Positions 14,424 to 28,299 of a DNA stretch of 64,000 nucleotides are shown piece by piece. The notes under the pieces are model-generated. The model was not told the DNA's origin, ran no database searches, and worked only from the letters and a program-made list of their open reading frames with translations. The stretch is from Epiperipatus broadwayi (Eukaryota > Animalia > Onychophora). How positions within the stretch are numbered: position 1 is the stretch's first letter; every line of letters starts with the position of its first letter. The position numbers and the translations under genes were made by a program. Location: NCBI GenBank assembly GCA_028023455.1, contig JAQFVV010000009.1, positions 12,834,001 through 12,898,000 on the forward strand, written 5' to 3'.

Positions 14424-14879
14424 ACTTTTTGTGACATTAATAATAGATGTTTTTCAATCAAGCCACATCACCATACATTAAAAAATAAAACCTTATGTTT
14501 TTTTATATTATATTTTTATAATTAACTAAAAAATCTTAAGAATAAAGAGATTGAAAATTTTGATATTTGCTGACAGCAAATTTTCAAATCAGAGAAGACC
14601 ACCAAAAAAGACAATAAATTGGAATTGCTGACTTATTATTATCATTACCAGCAGAAACTTACTGAGTACGATCACTCCAATTCCAACTGACAAAAATGAA
14701 TAAAAAATCACACCAAGGATGAGTATTGTGATGACTATAGAAATCAATCTGTGAAACACAAATACGTTCACATATAAATTACACCACAGGTTATTTTGTT
14801 TATTTGATATTTTGCAATGTTATCTTTTAATTTCTTTTTGCAGCAAATTTTCTTTTTGAAAGACTTCAAGATTATGTCT

Positions 14880-16330
14880 AATTGAACACCTCTACTATAA
14901 TCTATTCTCAGTTTTATTTTCACAAAGAAGACAATCAATAATGAATTTCTTTATAATGTTTTTGAGATAATCTTCATGAGATAAATAGGTCTGTCTCTCT
15001 TATGAAAATCATATTCAAGATCATCAAAAAATATATCTTTAGAAAGTTTCATATTATATGTTCATTTGACAAGTCCAATTCAATCACAACCAGCAAAGTG
15101 AAGAATATATTGATTGGTTTTATAATCTCATCATTATTATTTAAAAATTTTAGTGAATTCTTAAATAATTTTTTTTAATGTTTTTATAGCAGATCTTATT
15201 CTTATATACAAACAATAAATGTGATGAAATAACTGCTCTATATATAGTCAAATAAGTTTCAGTTATTTCACTATGATGAAGTAACCTATCTTTTAACTTA
15301 TTAAAAGCAGGAGCAGCATATTTGAGTCTGTAGAACCTAAACACTTAAATCCACCTATCTACTTAAACCCTCCAAGATGTTTAAATTGGTTCACCTTCTT
15401 CAGATGATAACTATCAAAATTAAAAATTGCTGAAAGCTGATGAAGAACTTTAGTTTTTGATCATTAATTATTAAACCAATGCTTTTATATAAACTGCATT
15501 CAAACACCAAGTACATTCTGTAGATCACCTTTTGAATTGGCGAGGACAGTACATTCATGATTGTATTCTAAATTAATAGCCAAAAAGATGAAATTCTTGT
15601 TTTTGCTTTTAACTGATTCACATTAAAAACCTTATCATCAAAACTATATCATATCTTGATTACTGATTTATTAAGTCATTTATACCAGTTCCAAAGATCA
15701 TTGTGTAAAAAACAAACAAACTAATATCCATTTTTATTTAAAATGGAAATGGATTTTCTATCTGCAGTAATATTTCCTTTCATTCTATCAAGTAAAAGCT
15801 ATATAACATAAACCAAATTTGGTGGATAACCAACTAATTTCAATAGTTCCATAGATTTATTCAACTAATTTATAAATCATTCCTTTGTTCCTAATATTTT
15901 TCTCACATTTACTTGATAATAAAAAGCATGCCTACAGAGTTTCTCAATTCTCTAAAACCACACAGTCTCTAATAATTATTCATCCACGAGTGAAAATAAT
16001 CTACTCAATAAAAATCCTTAAAAATACCTTTGCAGCAGTGGATAACAAATGATTTCCATAAAAATTACTGCAATCTTATTTATTCCCATTATTTATAAAA
16101 AATTGAAACAACAAAATCATTCTTACAATCATATGGCATATAATCACAAATCCTTATATTCCAAAAAAAAAAAAAGTGCTAATATTTTTGAAATTAACAT
16201 ATTATCACTGTATTTTAAAACTATTCCAGATATTTTATGTGGACCTGCAATGTTTTTATTTTCAATATTACAAAAACCCATCTTAACACCACTGAGCAGA
16301 TATTTTTGTCCAAATCTATGCCAGAAACAA
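14880..16330 (-). mobile_element. RTE-clade LINE remnant (RT to C-terminus)
   Basis: KNKNIAGPHKI, LLSTAAKVFLRILLSRL, TVCGFREL, CTVLANSKGDLQ, VNQFKHLGG, AAPAFNKLKDRLLHH..IYRAVI, LSKDIFFDDL, collinear with RTE ORF2. Confidence 0.75.
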
Positions 16331-16433
16331 GAAAATATTTGAAGATTTTTTTGTTGTGTAATATGCTGTAATTAAGATAACAGATATTTAAATAAGTCAA
16401 TTATTTTATATAGCGCGATGTTTTTACAAACTG

Positions 16434-16656
16434 TAATATTTAAACAGCATTAAACTGCTGCACATGCGCTTTGGATTTTAACTATAAAATGAATGAATAC
16501 TAACACTTCAACCACATGATAAAGTCTTTGGAAAAGATAGATGGCCATTCTATCTTTTCCAAAGACTTTATCATGTGGTTGAAGTGTTAGTATTCATTCA
16601 TTTTATAGTTAAAATCCAAAGCGCATGTGCAACAGTTTAATGCTGTTTAAATATTA
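16434..16656. repeat. ~223-bp near-perfect palindrome in a TSD-bounded insertion
   Basis: 107-bp arms with 1 mismatch; the centre ATGGCCAT(T) is itself palindromic. ATAACAGATATT direct repeats at 16377-16388 and 16656-16667. Confidence 0.95.
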
Positions 16657-19600
16657 TAACAGATATTGTATTACATATGACATTTAAATAAAAATATTAT
16701 ATATAACAATAATAATATACATGAATAAGCATTTATTTTATAACGTCTTGCGTGCGATTATGATTACGATAGAATGACAGCCTGTTAAGCTAATTGCGCA
16801 GACGCTGTGAGAATGTTATTAATAAATGAATACCTTCGAACAACCACATGATATAGTATTTATATAAGAGTAATAATAATAATATGTACATATATTAATA
16901 ATAATACATAGAGTCTTTTTTAACATGACTTTATGCTCCTATCAAATGTTATAAACATCTATTTTAATTGTTAAATCTATAAAAATAATAAATAATGTAT
17001 TATTATATAAAGTATTTAATTTTAATGTATTATTATTATTATTATTATTTAATTTAATGTATTATTATATAAAGTATTTAATTTTAGAAAAAAAAACAAT
17101 AAGTATTTTTTTTATAAATATAAAAATAAACTTTCTTTTTAATAATAAATGATAAATTGCTTTTTAAAAAAAAAATAAATGCAATTAATTGTTAGCCCCT
17201 TTCTAACTAAAAATTAATACAAACAAATCTTTTCATAGCCTGTTGAGAAATGATTTTCACAATAATATATTACATATAAAATATTAAATGCTCCATAAAG
17301 TTAACATATAATAAAAAGCAATAATGTTAAGAAATTTTATATAAACATTTACAATGAAATAATATAATACTTAGTAATCATTTTTTTAGTGATTTCATGA
17401 CAAGTTCTAAATAGCAAATACCTATTTATGATCTTTCATTCCTAATAAAATAATTATTAGATTGTATATTAACTTGTTATCAAGTAATTATTTAATAAAA
17501 CCATTGATAAAAATGAAAAACAAAAATAAAGTAGTAAATGATTTTGTTCACTTTATACATAATTACACATATATACACATTGAAACAGCAAATTACATTA
17601 TGTTATCTAAAAAAAAGTAAATAAACAAAAAAAATATTAAAACTTATTAATTTAATAAATTTTACAATATAGTAGCAAATTTTTCCATCTCAAGATGCCA
17701 TACATGATCATGTTTATTAATAAAATTTCTTCAGTTTATATTGAAAACATATATATATATTATTCTTTCTATATTGTCCTTTTTGAATTTGATGTTCAGC
17801 ATTTCACCATTAATAAAATATTTTCTAAGACTAAAGCTAAAAGTATTAACATTTTTTAGAACATATTTAAAAATTAATACTGATTTAAAAACATCAAAAC
17901 AACTAGAGGAAATAGTCTGCTAAAAACAAGAATGCTATTACATTTTGATAAAAAAAAAAACCTTATTGGGAAAAAAAAGGTAGCACCTGGAGCATTTTTA
18001 ATTGTAATGAAAATTGGACCTTCCAGTATTCTTTTTTTTAAAAAAATAAAATAAAAACATTGCCCAGTAAGTTTTTTCTTATTTTTATTTTTTGAGTGAA
18101 TGTGAATGAGTGAACATACACTCAGTAAAATATGTGAAAATGTACTCTCTCTATTTATTATTAATAATTACATTATTAATTTTATTTATATTATAAGTTC
18201 AATTTATATATGCATACTATACATATAAAAAAGCATTTGTCTTATATATATATATGCATAATAAATAAAGTACAGTATACTTGCAGTTCAATAAACAATA
18301 CATATTCTATCATAATCCAAGTTTATCAACAAAAAATAAAACAATATATGCAATGAGGGTCTGTGGTCCCATTACACATACATATTGCATGCAAAATATG
18401 TACATTGTAAATATTATTAAATGACCAATTTCTTTTACAAACTAATAAACTTAATTTTTTTAATGATTAAAAGTAAATTTATATTGAGATAATTCATTTT
18501 CATATAGTATTAAAATAATTATGAAAATTGTGCAAACCTGAAAGTATCTATCAATTTATTTTTAAAATCTCATATATAAATTTTCTATATATATATTCAA
18601 ATGTAATTTTTGTGAAAAAATTTGTTAAAAACAAAAACAGAACTATAAATCATATCACCATTTTGAAAATATTGTAAAAAGGAAAAAAAAATACATACAA
18701 ATGATATGTCATATAGATGTGTAATGCACACTTTATTCTATGCTTTCAAAAAAATACCTTTACTGACTTTTTGATCTTCAAAGGCTACTGCTGAACTAAA
18801 ATGGGTGATGGAACAGAGACACGTTCAAAAGAAAGAGTAAAAAATAAATAAAAGATTGTTTTTAAAACATTATTAAAATGACATATTTTAACAATAATAT
18901 AAGATGCTTATTAAATTTATATTACAACTTTAAATTTAAGATGGGTGAATAAATGGTGTTAGAATGGTGGCAAGCAATGACAAATTATTACAAATAATCA
19001 TCAAATATTTTTAAACTACAGGATGTACACTTATAACCCACTTAGTGCTTGGCCTCACTGTTTTGATTCATAATCAATTACTCACTATAACAATCATAAA
19101 AAGTTTTCAAAAATATTTTTTGGTAGCCATTTGTGAGACTGATGATGTCAAAGAATAGTTATTAATGCCATGTATCCAAAAGCAAAATAGCAACTTTCAT
19201 GCTGAAATTGTACAGTACAGAATTTATTCATAATACACAGTATGGTACACAATATTAATGCTGTATACAATATTTTGATTATAACTTAAAATAAAATTAA
19301 TGAATGTACAGTATTTAATTTTCATCCAGCATTCTTGCAAGCCAATCATATGTAAAGTAAAGATTACAAAACCCCCAAAAAGTGTTTTTTATTCAGTATA
19401 ATTAAAATCTTATCTTAATGACATACAACAACTAAATATATTAATACAGTATTAAATGTGAAAATGTGTATATTAATTTAAAAACTGTACATTATTTATT
19501 TTTATGGATTAAAATTTTTACTAACAGTACTTTGCTTATAGTAAAAATTATGATCACTGAATTGTAATTTAGTTATTGTAATTGTTATTTTGGGAAAAAA

Positions 19601-20696
19601 TGATTTCATAATAATGAACTTTGTAAGATCAAAAATTACTAAATCTAAATTAAAAATAACATTTAAGCTATTTGATTGATTTTAAAATATCTCATTTGTT
19701 TCAGAATTGGGACCATTATCACAATTGTACTGATAATATATTTTCAGTTAAAAAAAATGTGAGCAAAATAATACAAATAAAATGAAAAAGATTTAAATAG
19801 TTTGTATCTCTGACTTCACTTGTACTAATCTAAAAAATTTTAAGTTATTTCTAAGAAAGTAACTACTGTGCTTAATAAAATGCGACATCTCATGGCAAAA
19901 AAAAAAAAAAGGTGCAGCATAGCATATTTGTATATAAAGTCCTGTTTGTTAAAATTTGTTTGTTTTGATTTCCATAGTACATATTGTAAAAAAAAAAAAC
20001 TACATATTTTTACAATATTCAAACACAGAATTCATTAGATACATTTTTTTCTTTTTCAATATGTAAAGAATATTTTTTTAAATGTTAATTGTGATTAAAT
20101 TTTGATAATATACTGTATGCTACTTTTGCTATTCTTACACTAATGATAAAGAACAAGTCTTTATAAACAATTAAATAAGTTATAAACATTTTTAAAAAAA
20201 TTCTAAATAATTTCATGTAAGTAATATAATAAAGTAGTACAAATTTAAAAAAATCAAACTTCAGTAAGTATTTTTTTCAACGCAACAAGAAACAGTTGCA
20301 TGGAAGAACACAAAAAATTATTAACTGCTAGTTTACTTTCACTTTCTTATTTATTTTGCTACACTTTTGGGCAGTTAAAAGATGTTTTTTTTTTCTTTCT
20401 TCTAGTAATTCTGTTTAAAAATGTAAAGCTACATACATTTTCAAGTAAAATCATGGTTAATATGACCACGAAAAAATAAAAAAATTCTTTAAGCTTAAAA
20501 ACTGAAATGGATATCTTAAGTCAAATGGAAAGGATATCATAACATCTGTTCTATGGATTTACCTATGTTTTACCATTATTATTTTTAAAACAAAGATAAA
20601 ATACAACAAAATACTCAAATCATCTATAATAATATTAAATAGTGCTATCACACTTATAACGAAAAGCTATATAAATTAATATCAATCAATTAAAAT

Positions 20697-20739
20697 GACT
20701 TAGTGCTTTCGAGAAAATATATTTCTCATAATCATAGTC
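20697..20739 (-). ncRNA. Degenerate minimal type I hammerhead ribozyme behind a PLE tail
   Basis: Minus strand: GACT-[ATGATTAT]-GAGAAA tatat TTTCTC-GAAA-GCAC-TA-AGTC. Stems I and II are intact, the core has 2 changes from CTGATGAT, and stem III GCAC is plausibly a decayed GCGC. Confidence 0.5.
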
Positions 20740-20799
20740 TGTTATGACTCATTCATTGGAATCGTTCTATATGTATAATATGCAATCTCTATGCAAATG

Positions 20800-20960
20800 C
20801 ATCAATTAGCCCATCTTTTTGATACAGCAAAACATGCTTCTTTATGATTAAAGGCGGAGGAGTCTTCTGCTATGAAGTAAGCCTCTTTTACCTTACGTTT
20901 AACATAATGCCTCTCAAACATCTATAGGTGAATCAAAACTTCCCAAAATCATAAAATCAT
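20800..20960 (-). mobile_element. Penelope-like element GIY-YIG C-terminal remnant
   Basis: ERHYVKRKVKEAYFIAEDSSAFNHKEACFAVSKRW, the typical R-K-x-K-E-A-x-x-I...N tail of PLE endonucleases. Confidence 0.55.
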
Positions 20961-23043
20961 GGCATCCCATTTGAAAAGAAAATCCAAGAAGTATGTCAAC
21001 CATTCATTTTAAACTTTTTTCTAGAAATCCTCAAGCATCAACATCTGGTGCACTACTCCAACCCTCCCCCCTGATCAAAGGAGTTAGAATATAGCAATAA
21101 AAGCTGAATAATTATAACTAATGAATGGATTACCAGAAAGAACAACCTTAAGCTAAGTTTTTTTTTTTACATAGATTTAAGTTATTCTTATACATACAAA
21201 ACATATTTTAAGCACATATTTGTATAATAAACATCACACAATTTATACAAGCATATAATGTACAATAATGATTTTTTAAATTATTACATATACTAGGTTA
21301 CATTTGTTGGTCACAGCTTACAGTGTAATTTTTAGTTGGAGTAACCAGCCAATTTTTTTCTCAAATGAAACAATTATAACTATTTGCTCTTTATAGATAT
21401 ATTCTCATTTAATGATGAGGTTTGGCAAGTCAATTGCCTTTGCTAAGCAGGATAAAGGTGTATATATTATGTTTAAAAAAGTAAATAAACACATATGTAT
21501 ATATAGCATTGCATAGCGTAAGAAGTATTTTTAGAATCATTGCAATGTAGTAAACCTTAAAAATTTGACTCCTGTTCATAAATTCATTCAGTTGGCTTCT
21601 AGAACTAATTAATTATAATAAATTAGAACCTTCTGTATTAATAAATTTATTTAATTATAGAAATTATAAGCAATCTATAGATGTGACATCTTCTTTCTAG
21701 TGGTAAAAGCTGAATCATATTACAACTGTGTTTCTGTTTTGAAGTTAACGCATTAATACTCATCAGTTTATCCAGATTATCTTGGGAACAGTAACTTTTA
21801 AATAAGAATATTTTCATACTCATTTACTGATCAAATGTAAATGGCTAATTGAGTTTGTTATGGCTGGCTATTTAAAACCTTAAACTGATTTGGGAAACAT
21901 CTTCAGCTGTCTGAAAAAATCTCCAAACTCCAATCAGATTTGAACTCCAAATCACAGCGTTAGCATAGGAATATTCTTCAAATTCCACCACTCTTTTTTA
22001 AAAATCTAAAAAAAAAATATGATTACTATGTTGTTATTTATTTATAATCACACGGCAACTCCCATTTTTCATTCTAACGCCAAAGTTTATAAACTATGCT
22101 GTGCTTTTAAACAACAGGACAAGCATATCATTTTCTAAGCAGTTGTTTTGAGAAGAAATATCAAATGCTGAATCTACATGTGTATATACGCACACACAAA
22201 TGTTTAAGGAAAAGAAAAGGTTTTATTTTCAAAGGCAAGCATATTTTACTATTTATTTCAATGTAATTATAACAATGAAAGGGTGAACAATACACAAACG
22301 TGTTAATCATTAGAATAAATTGTTTAATGAACACCTAATTTGTATTTCCTGATAGAAACACCCAAATAATAATAGAAAGCTGTTTGTGACAGTGGATTAC
22401 TTCACAAACCAAACAGTCTTGACTTTTATAGCTTTCTAAATACAAGTACTTATAATGGAACCATCAGAATGAAAATCGTTCTTTATTCAGGTACAGTTAA
22501 AGGAAGTTGAAAGGAGTTCTGATTTAATTAGTTTAGTGAAGAATGTACACTTTGTTAGTTACCTAGGTGATTTGTTAACGTACAATCATCTGACTGTTCT
22601 AATAAATAATTTGAAATTTGGTAGGGTATAAATCATTAATACGTTTTATAATTTTTAAAATATATTTTTTTCAAGGAGAGCTAAACAAATTAAAAATAAG
22701 CGAAAATAAAGCGGTTTTCACTTTTGATTAGCATATAAAAAAATAACTTAAAAAATATCATCACTGTGAATCATGTGCACTCATATATATATATTCAAAG
22801 ACTAAATAAACAGACACGACTAATATCAATATTTACATATTGTCTATTAAATAAAAAAAAAAATCATTTTCAAAATATTAATAAATTAAAATAAAAATCA
22901 AAAAAATAACTAAATAAATACAGAAAGTCCGCTGAACACACACATGATTAATGGGATCGTAATTAAATAATTATAGAAGACTAAGCAAATGTACGAGTAA
23001 TTGAACACAAATATAATTTATATACCTGGAGTTTTGGATGTAA

Positions 23044-23136
23044 TTATGTAAGGAATTTGTATTCAGACTTTCAAGCTCCCTTCAGCTCGGATAGCTAAAG
23101 GGAGCTTCAAAGTCTGAGTTCAAATACCTTATATAA
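23044..23136. repeat. 93-nt hairpin (44-bp arms, 5-nt loop)
   Basis: 23044-23087 is the reverse complement of 23093-23136 with about 6 differences, 2 of them G:U-compatible. Confidence 0.9.
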
Positions 23137-23548
23137 GTGCTTACTAAATGTTATCAATTTTCTCAACTGCCAGAACTTATTATTTTATGCTATACCTAAT
23201 GAAGTAACATTTTAAATTTAATCTTGAATGCCCATACAAAAAACACACACTAAAAATAATAAATACAATACAGTAAAAATTAAAATATATACATACATTG
23301 AAATAAATCATCATTATTATTAGAAAATATTCGTAAATGAGTTTGCTGCTCTAATTTTGGAAAAAGAAAATAAAGAAAGTCACATAATAAAAAGTGAAAA
23401 AGTAAAGAAAAAAAGTAGAGACTGAAATCAGAATTGCTGTATGTATAATTAAAGGTTGGAAATGTGGTTGCACAATAACATAATCTCACTAACTCAGTTC
23501 TAGGAGATTACTGTATGATCCCCATTTCTTTTGCTTATACTAGAACTT

Positions 23549-23563
23549 ACACTAGGTGGCACT
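23549..23563 (+). promoter_or_regulatory. CTCF-like motif
   Basis: ACACTAGGTGGCACT resembles the CTCF core consensus. This is a motif match only. Confidence 0.25.
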
Positions 23564-23989
23564 ATTATGTGGAATTTTTTTTGCTGTTTTATTGCAAACT
23601 CATGAGAATAGCATAAGAAATTCGTTACTACAATAAAACAGAAACTAGAAAGAAAATAATGATGATTAATTTAATTATAAATATTATAAAATTATTAGTG
23701 AATTAAGTTAAGAAGATAAATTTCATTTAGACATATATAGAATTTTTTTATTGACCTATGTGGTTTAATATAGAAGTAGAGGAGCAGATGGTAGTTGATC
23801 ATGGTTCAACATTGTGCATTTCATAGCTCAAATGTCTTAGGAATTCCTGAGCAATAAATAATTGGATTATTTTTGTTGTGACAAAGATTCTTGCAGTAGC
23901 AGAATGAATCTCAAAATCCATTAATCACAGCTCAGCATTGTCATTTCTGGTGCTCAAACTTCTTAAGAACCCCCAAGCAATAAACCATT

Positions 23990-24790
23990 AGATTGTTTTA
24001 TTTATATATTTTATTAAAATACAAAACCATAAAACTATACAATACTAGATAAAAATCCAAATTTTACCAAAATCCTTAGATGACCATGGTTTCATCTACT
24101 AAACAAATAGACCTTCTCAAGTGAAAATCAAACTAAAGAAACAACATATATATACAAAACAAACAAAACTTCCCATAATTCATTTCAAAAAAAACAACAA
24201 CTTCCCTTTATATCAAAAAGTTTTATCATTAATGTTTCCTTTACTCTTCTCTTTAATTCATTCTTTTCATAAAAAATAACAGTTGCATTGTCAAACAATA
24301 TTTTATGACCTGTATTCAATTCATGAATATATAAAGCTGAGTCATGATACCTATGTTTAATTCTACTTATATGAACTTTAATATCCTTTTATTAAGACTA
24401 AATTTACTCTTACCTATATAAATCTTACTACAACTACAAGGAATCATAAATAATAATAGGAATCCTTGTAGTTGTAGTAAGATTTATATAGGTCAGAGTA
24501 AATTTAGTCTTAATGAAAGAATTAAAATTCATATAAGTAGAGTTAAACATAGGTATCTTAACTCAGCTTTATATATTCATTAATTGAATACAGGTCATAA
24601 AATATTGTTTGAAAATGCAACGGTTATTTTTTATGAAAAGAATGAATTAAAGAGAAGAGTAAAGGAAACATTAATGATAAAACTTCTTGAATCTGAGGCT
24701 ATCAATCTTATGAAAACATCTCTTGATATAAAGGGAAGTTGGTTTTTGAAATGAATTATGGGAAGTTTTGTTTGTTTTGTATATATATTG
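23990..24790 (-). mobile_element. 5'-truncated Penelope-like element with an inverted duplicate of its GIY-YIG region
   Basis: The + arm 24460-24760 translates NPCSCSKIYIGQSKFSLNERIKIH...SALYIH*LNTGHKILFENATVIFYEKNELKRRVKETLMIK. The - arm 24146-24442 is its reverse complement (20-nt spacer) and continues into a pLTR-like tail. Confidence 0.85.
24075..24125 (-). ncRNA. Degenerate HHR-like motif in the PLE tail
   Basis: GAAA-CCATGG-TC (palindromic stem III plus NUH) at 24082-24093. The upstream CUGANGA is decayed (CTTGAGAAG). Confidence 0.4.
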
Positions 24791-26502
24791 AAGTGATCAG
24801 TGTGTATGCACACACAGAGCTTCATGTTAGTTGTTGGAAATAGTATATATCTATAGATTTGTAAAGATCAAATATCTAATTTTTCATTTGTTTTTTTTTT
24901 TTTGTTAAAAAGAATAATATACAGATGCATGTGTGTGTGTTGATGAATGAGAGGGCTCATATATATGTATATATTTTTTATTGAAATGCATTTTTTTTAG
25001 TTATATATTTGGAAAAGAAAATATATATTTCTTTGTCTTGAAAAAAGACAAAAAAAAAATTGGAAAAATATAAGTTGACTCATTCTTTCTTTGGAAATAA
25101 CAGTTTTTACAAGTCTATTTTTTTGAGGCAGAGATATGGTTGCATGGAAATGCTAATTATTTTCTCATCTTTAAAGGCAGTTAAAATGCAGTTAAAATTT
25201 TCATACCTTGGTTTAATCTTAATGGGATTTGCCAACTGGTTTAAATTAAAAATCAATCAAACAGTCTATTTTCATATAAATACTGGGCTAATTTTTCCAA
25301 TCAAAGAGTCAAAAAAGTCAAAGAGTAAAAATAAAGTTGTTGGCAGTGAAAAAAAAGTTTTTTTTAAAAAAGTAAACAGTTTTTAAGAGTCAAAAAGAAA
25401 AATCAGAAGTAAAAAATTAAAGAAAAGAAGAATAAAAGTGATAGTCAAAATCACTCTCTAATAGCCAAATTGAGTATATATAAGCTGATGACAGGCAATC
25501 ACCATGGACTGTGAGTAGATAAAATTTACCTTCCCCTCTGGGAAAATCTCCAGAAAAATGCATCTATAGAAGAAAAGAAATCTAATTGATTCCATGCTGC
25601 TGCCCGAAAAACATGGAAAACCAACTTTGAATCCAGTCTATCCTGAGTCCAGTAAAGCCAAAGGTTGATCCTGATATGAATGAACCAGTAGGAAAATAGC
25701 TGCCTCAATCAAAGTGACAGAGTAAGCACTGCAAGTATAAACTTTTAATCTTTCAAGATAGAATAATTAAATGTCTTCTATAAATAAATAAAAAACTCTA
25801 GACTATCTAAGTTTAAAATTCACAGATTTGTAATTGATCAGTAAAAGACTATCTTAAAAAAGATGTGTTTCAAAAGGACAGTGATATATATGAGTGTTTT
25901 AATTTCTTTTATTATTGTTTTTAACAAGTCAATTTGTGTTATAACTAGACTACTTATTAATGGTAAAAAAAAGAGTGTAATGTCTAATTCTAAAATGAAA
26001 CAAAAGATCTACTATAGAGTTTATAAATACAGCTTTTATATATTTATTTTGAGATATGCCAGTAGGTTCTCTTTAATTATAAAATATTCACTTTATTGAT
26101 TAGTGTTAATTATGCCAAATTCAGCCAGTATTGGAAGATTATATTTTACTATTAGATCAATTTTATGCATAAATTTATTTATTTCAAATCTTAAAGTGGG
26201 AGAGGGGTAACGATTTTTATAATTGTAAAGTAAGAAACAGTCAAACTTAAAATTCTTAAATCGTGTCTAATTCTGGCTGGGTAAAAATGTCATTTATTTT
26301 TTTAAAAAAAAGAGAGAGAGAGAGAAAAAACATCAAATACCTGGATTAAAATTCGCCATTTTACTTCTATATATCTTGTTAATAGAAATTAAGAATATAA
26401 ATGAGTGTTAAAAATTATTATATATTTGATTTAGACTAAGATTCTTTATGACAATTAAAAATGAAATAATATATATATGCGTTTATTTATGTGTTAAAAA
26501 AA

Positions 26503-26503
<1 letters not shown>

Positions 26504-26562
<59 letters not shown>

Positions 26563-26572
26563 TAATAATAAT
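26504..26572. repeat. (AAT)n microsatellite
   Basis: About 23 AAT units with one interruption; explains the poly-Ile ORF 26448..26681. Confidence 0.97.
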
Positions 26573-26914
26573 GCTTCTTTTCTTGAATATAAAATGGGCA
26601 ATACGTGTTCATCTCACTATATATATATCTATGTATTTAGTGATGCATGCATTTGGGGAAAGAGTAATATCTCAGCAGTAGTGTTTTTGCCACTTTAGCA
26701 TTTTGTGGTGAGCTTTATATTTAAGTACTTGGGCGTTTTATAGCCTATAAATATGGTTATCTTAAAATTTCCCATTACTACTTATGAAACACAGGCCTAA
26801 GAAAATATCTATACAGATATGAATTAATGCTTTTTATGGGCAATTATATCAGTGTTGCTTAATAGAATGTTCTGTGCCTATATGGCTTTTAATAATGAAT
26901 ATATGTCGAGTAAT

Positions 26915-27200
26915 GCTACGCGAGCTGCCAGACGATATTTCCTGGAGATAGCCGTGTTATTGAGCTGATAAATGGTATACTCTATGACGATAGGGATTCA
27001 AAGTCCAGCTCCATTATTTCCTACACGTCACGCTGATTGCGAATGTGTTTTCATATGAACTTCTATATATGTTCTATTGCTCGACAAAGGAGATTGGCCC
27101 ATGTTTGCCAATGCCGCTAATAATATAGCCGGCACAGGATTCAAAACCAGATGCCACTGAACGCTGTAATTAGATTTCTTGATCATGCCTGTTGGTAATG
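26915..27200 (-). mobile_element. Possible tRNA-headed SINE
   Basis: Minus strand TGATCAAGAAATCTAA (A-box-like) and GGTTTTGAATCC (B-box-like), followed by a GC/CpG-richer body. Confidence 0.35.
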
Positions 27201-27599
27201 CTGTGTGGGATAAATAAACCATATTTACCATATAACTATTGATAATGAAGGTAGCTAAAATTATGCTTTGGTCCATAAACTCCTGCTGGGAATACTAAAA
27301 GTAAATATAATAATAAAAAATACTTAACTTTCCCTATGTATGTGAACACACACATAAATTTAATATACATACATTTCTGGCCTCTAACTTAATATAACCA
27401 GATATTGTGTTACTCTTGACAAATCGGCATATTAATGTTTATAGTGGCATATTTCTTAATCAAATATTATCATTATTAACATAAAAATTTGTTTTATGCA
27501 TACACACGTATAATACTAATATTTACTATGTGTTGTAATTATTGTTTCTAGTTAATTCGTAATACCCTTACAGTATCATATTGATTCATAATTGTTGTT

Positions 27600-27970
27600 G
27601 TCATGAATGCCAGTATGACTTCATTGTAATGCACACACACATCTAACACTAATGTTTAAATACTATTGAAATTATTATTTCTTGTTCCTAACTTGTCATT
27701 ATTGATTATATTACTTCATTGTAATGCTCACCCACATCTAATATTGATGTTTATTATTGTAATTGTTATTTTTTGTTCATAATCTTGGTTGTCATTATTG
27801 ACGGGTAATTCTTTGTAAAAATCATACCTTTATCCTAGTGATATCTAAATACTGTACCTTTGTAAATAACTGATAGTTGAATATTGTAATTCTTTGTAAA
27901 AATCATACAGTTCTCCTATTGATATCTAAATACTGTATTATTATCAATAACTGATAGCTAAATATTGTAA
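27600..27970. repeat. Two adjacent two-copy tandem duplications (~100 bp and ~82 bp)
   Basis: ACTTCATTGTAATGC..CACATCTAA occurs twice, then GTAATTCTTTGTAAAAATCATAC..GATATCTAAATACTGTA..AATAACTGATAG occurs twice. Confidence 0.8.
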
Positions 27971-28299
27971 TTATTATTTTTTGGTTTAAATGTAACCCCA
28001 TACATGGATCATAATAAGATCCAAACATTGTTATTATTATTGTTATCTTCGAGTGAATTGTGTTAATAAATCATATATATCTATACAGTTGTCATGTCAT
28101 TCCCTGGTTCATCATATCCACCCAATTATGTCCACACTTAGTTAAATCATTATTTATGTATATATTCAAAATCTATGAAATACTTGAAATAATATTCTGA
28201 GCTATATCAAAGTATTTGGTGGGTATCTTAGATTAAATTAATAATTCTAGTGCATGACAGGCTAAATTTGAATTGATAGAATCCTTGTTTTACCCTGAC

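Noticed and set aside
21735-21770. Minus-strand CTGATGA..TTAA-TGCG-TTAA..CAAAAC HHR-like string
   Set aside because: No stem I or III and no NUH; GAAA is absent without assuming a mutation.
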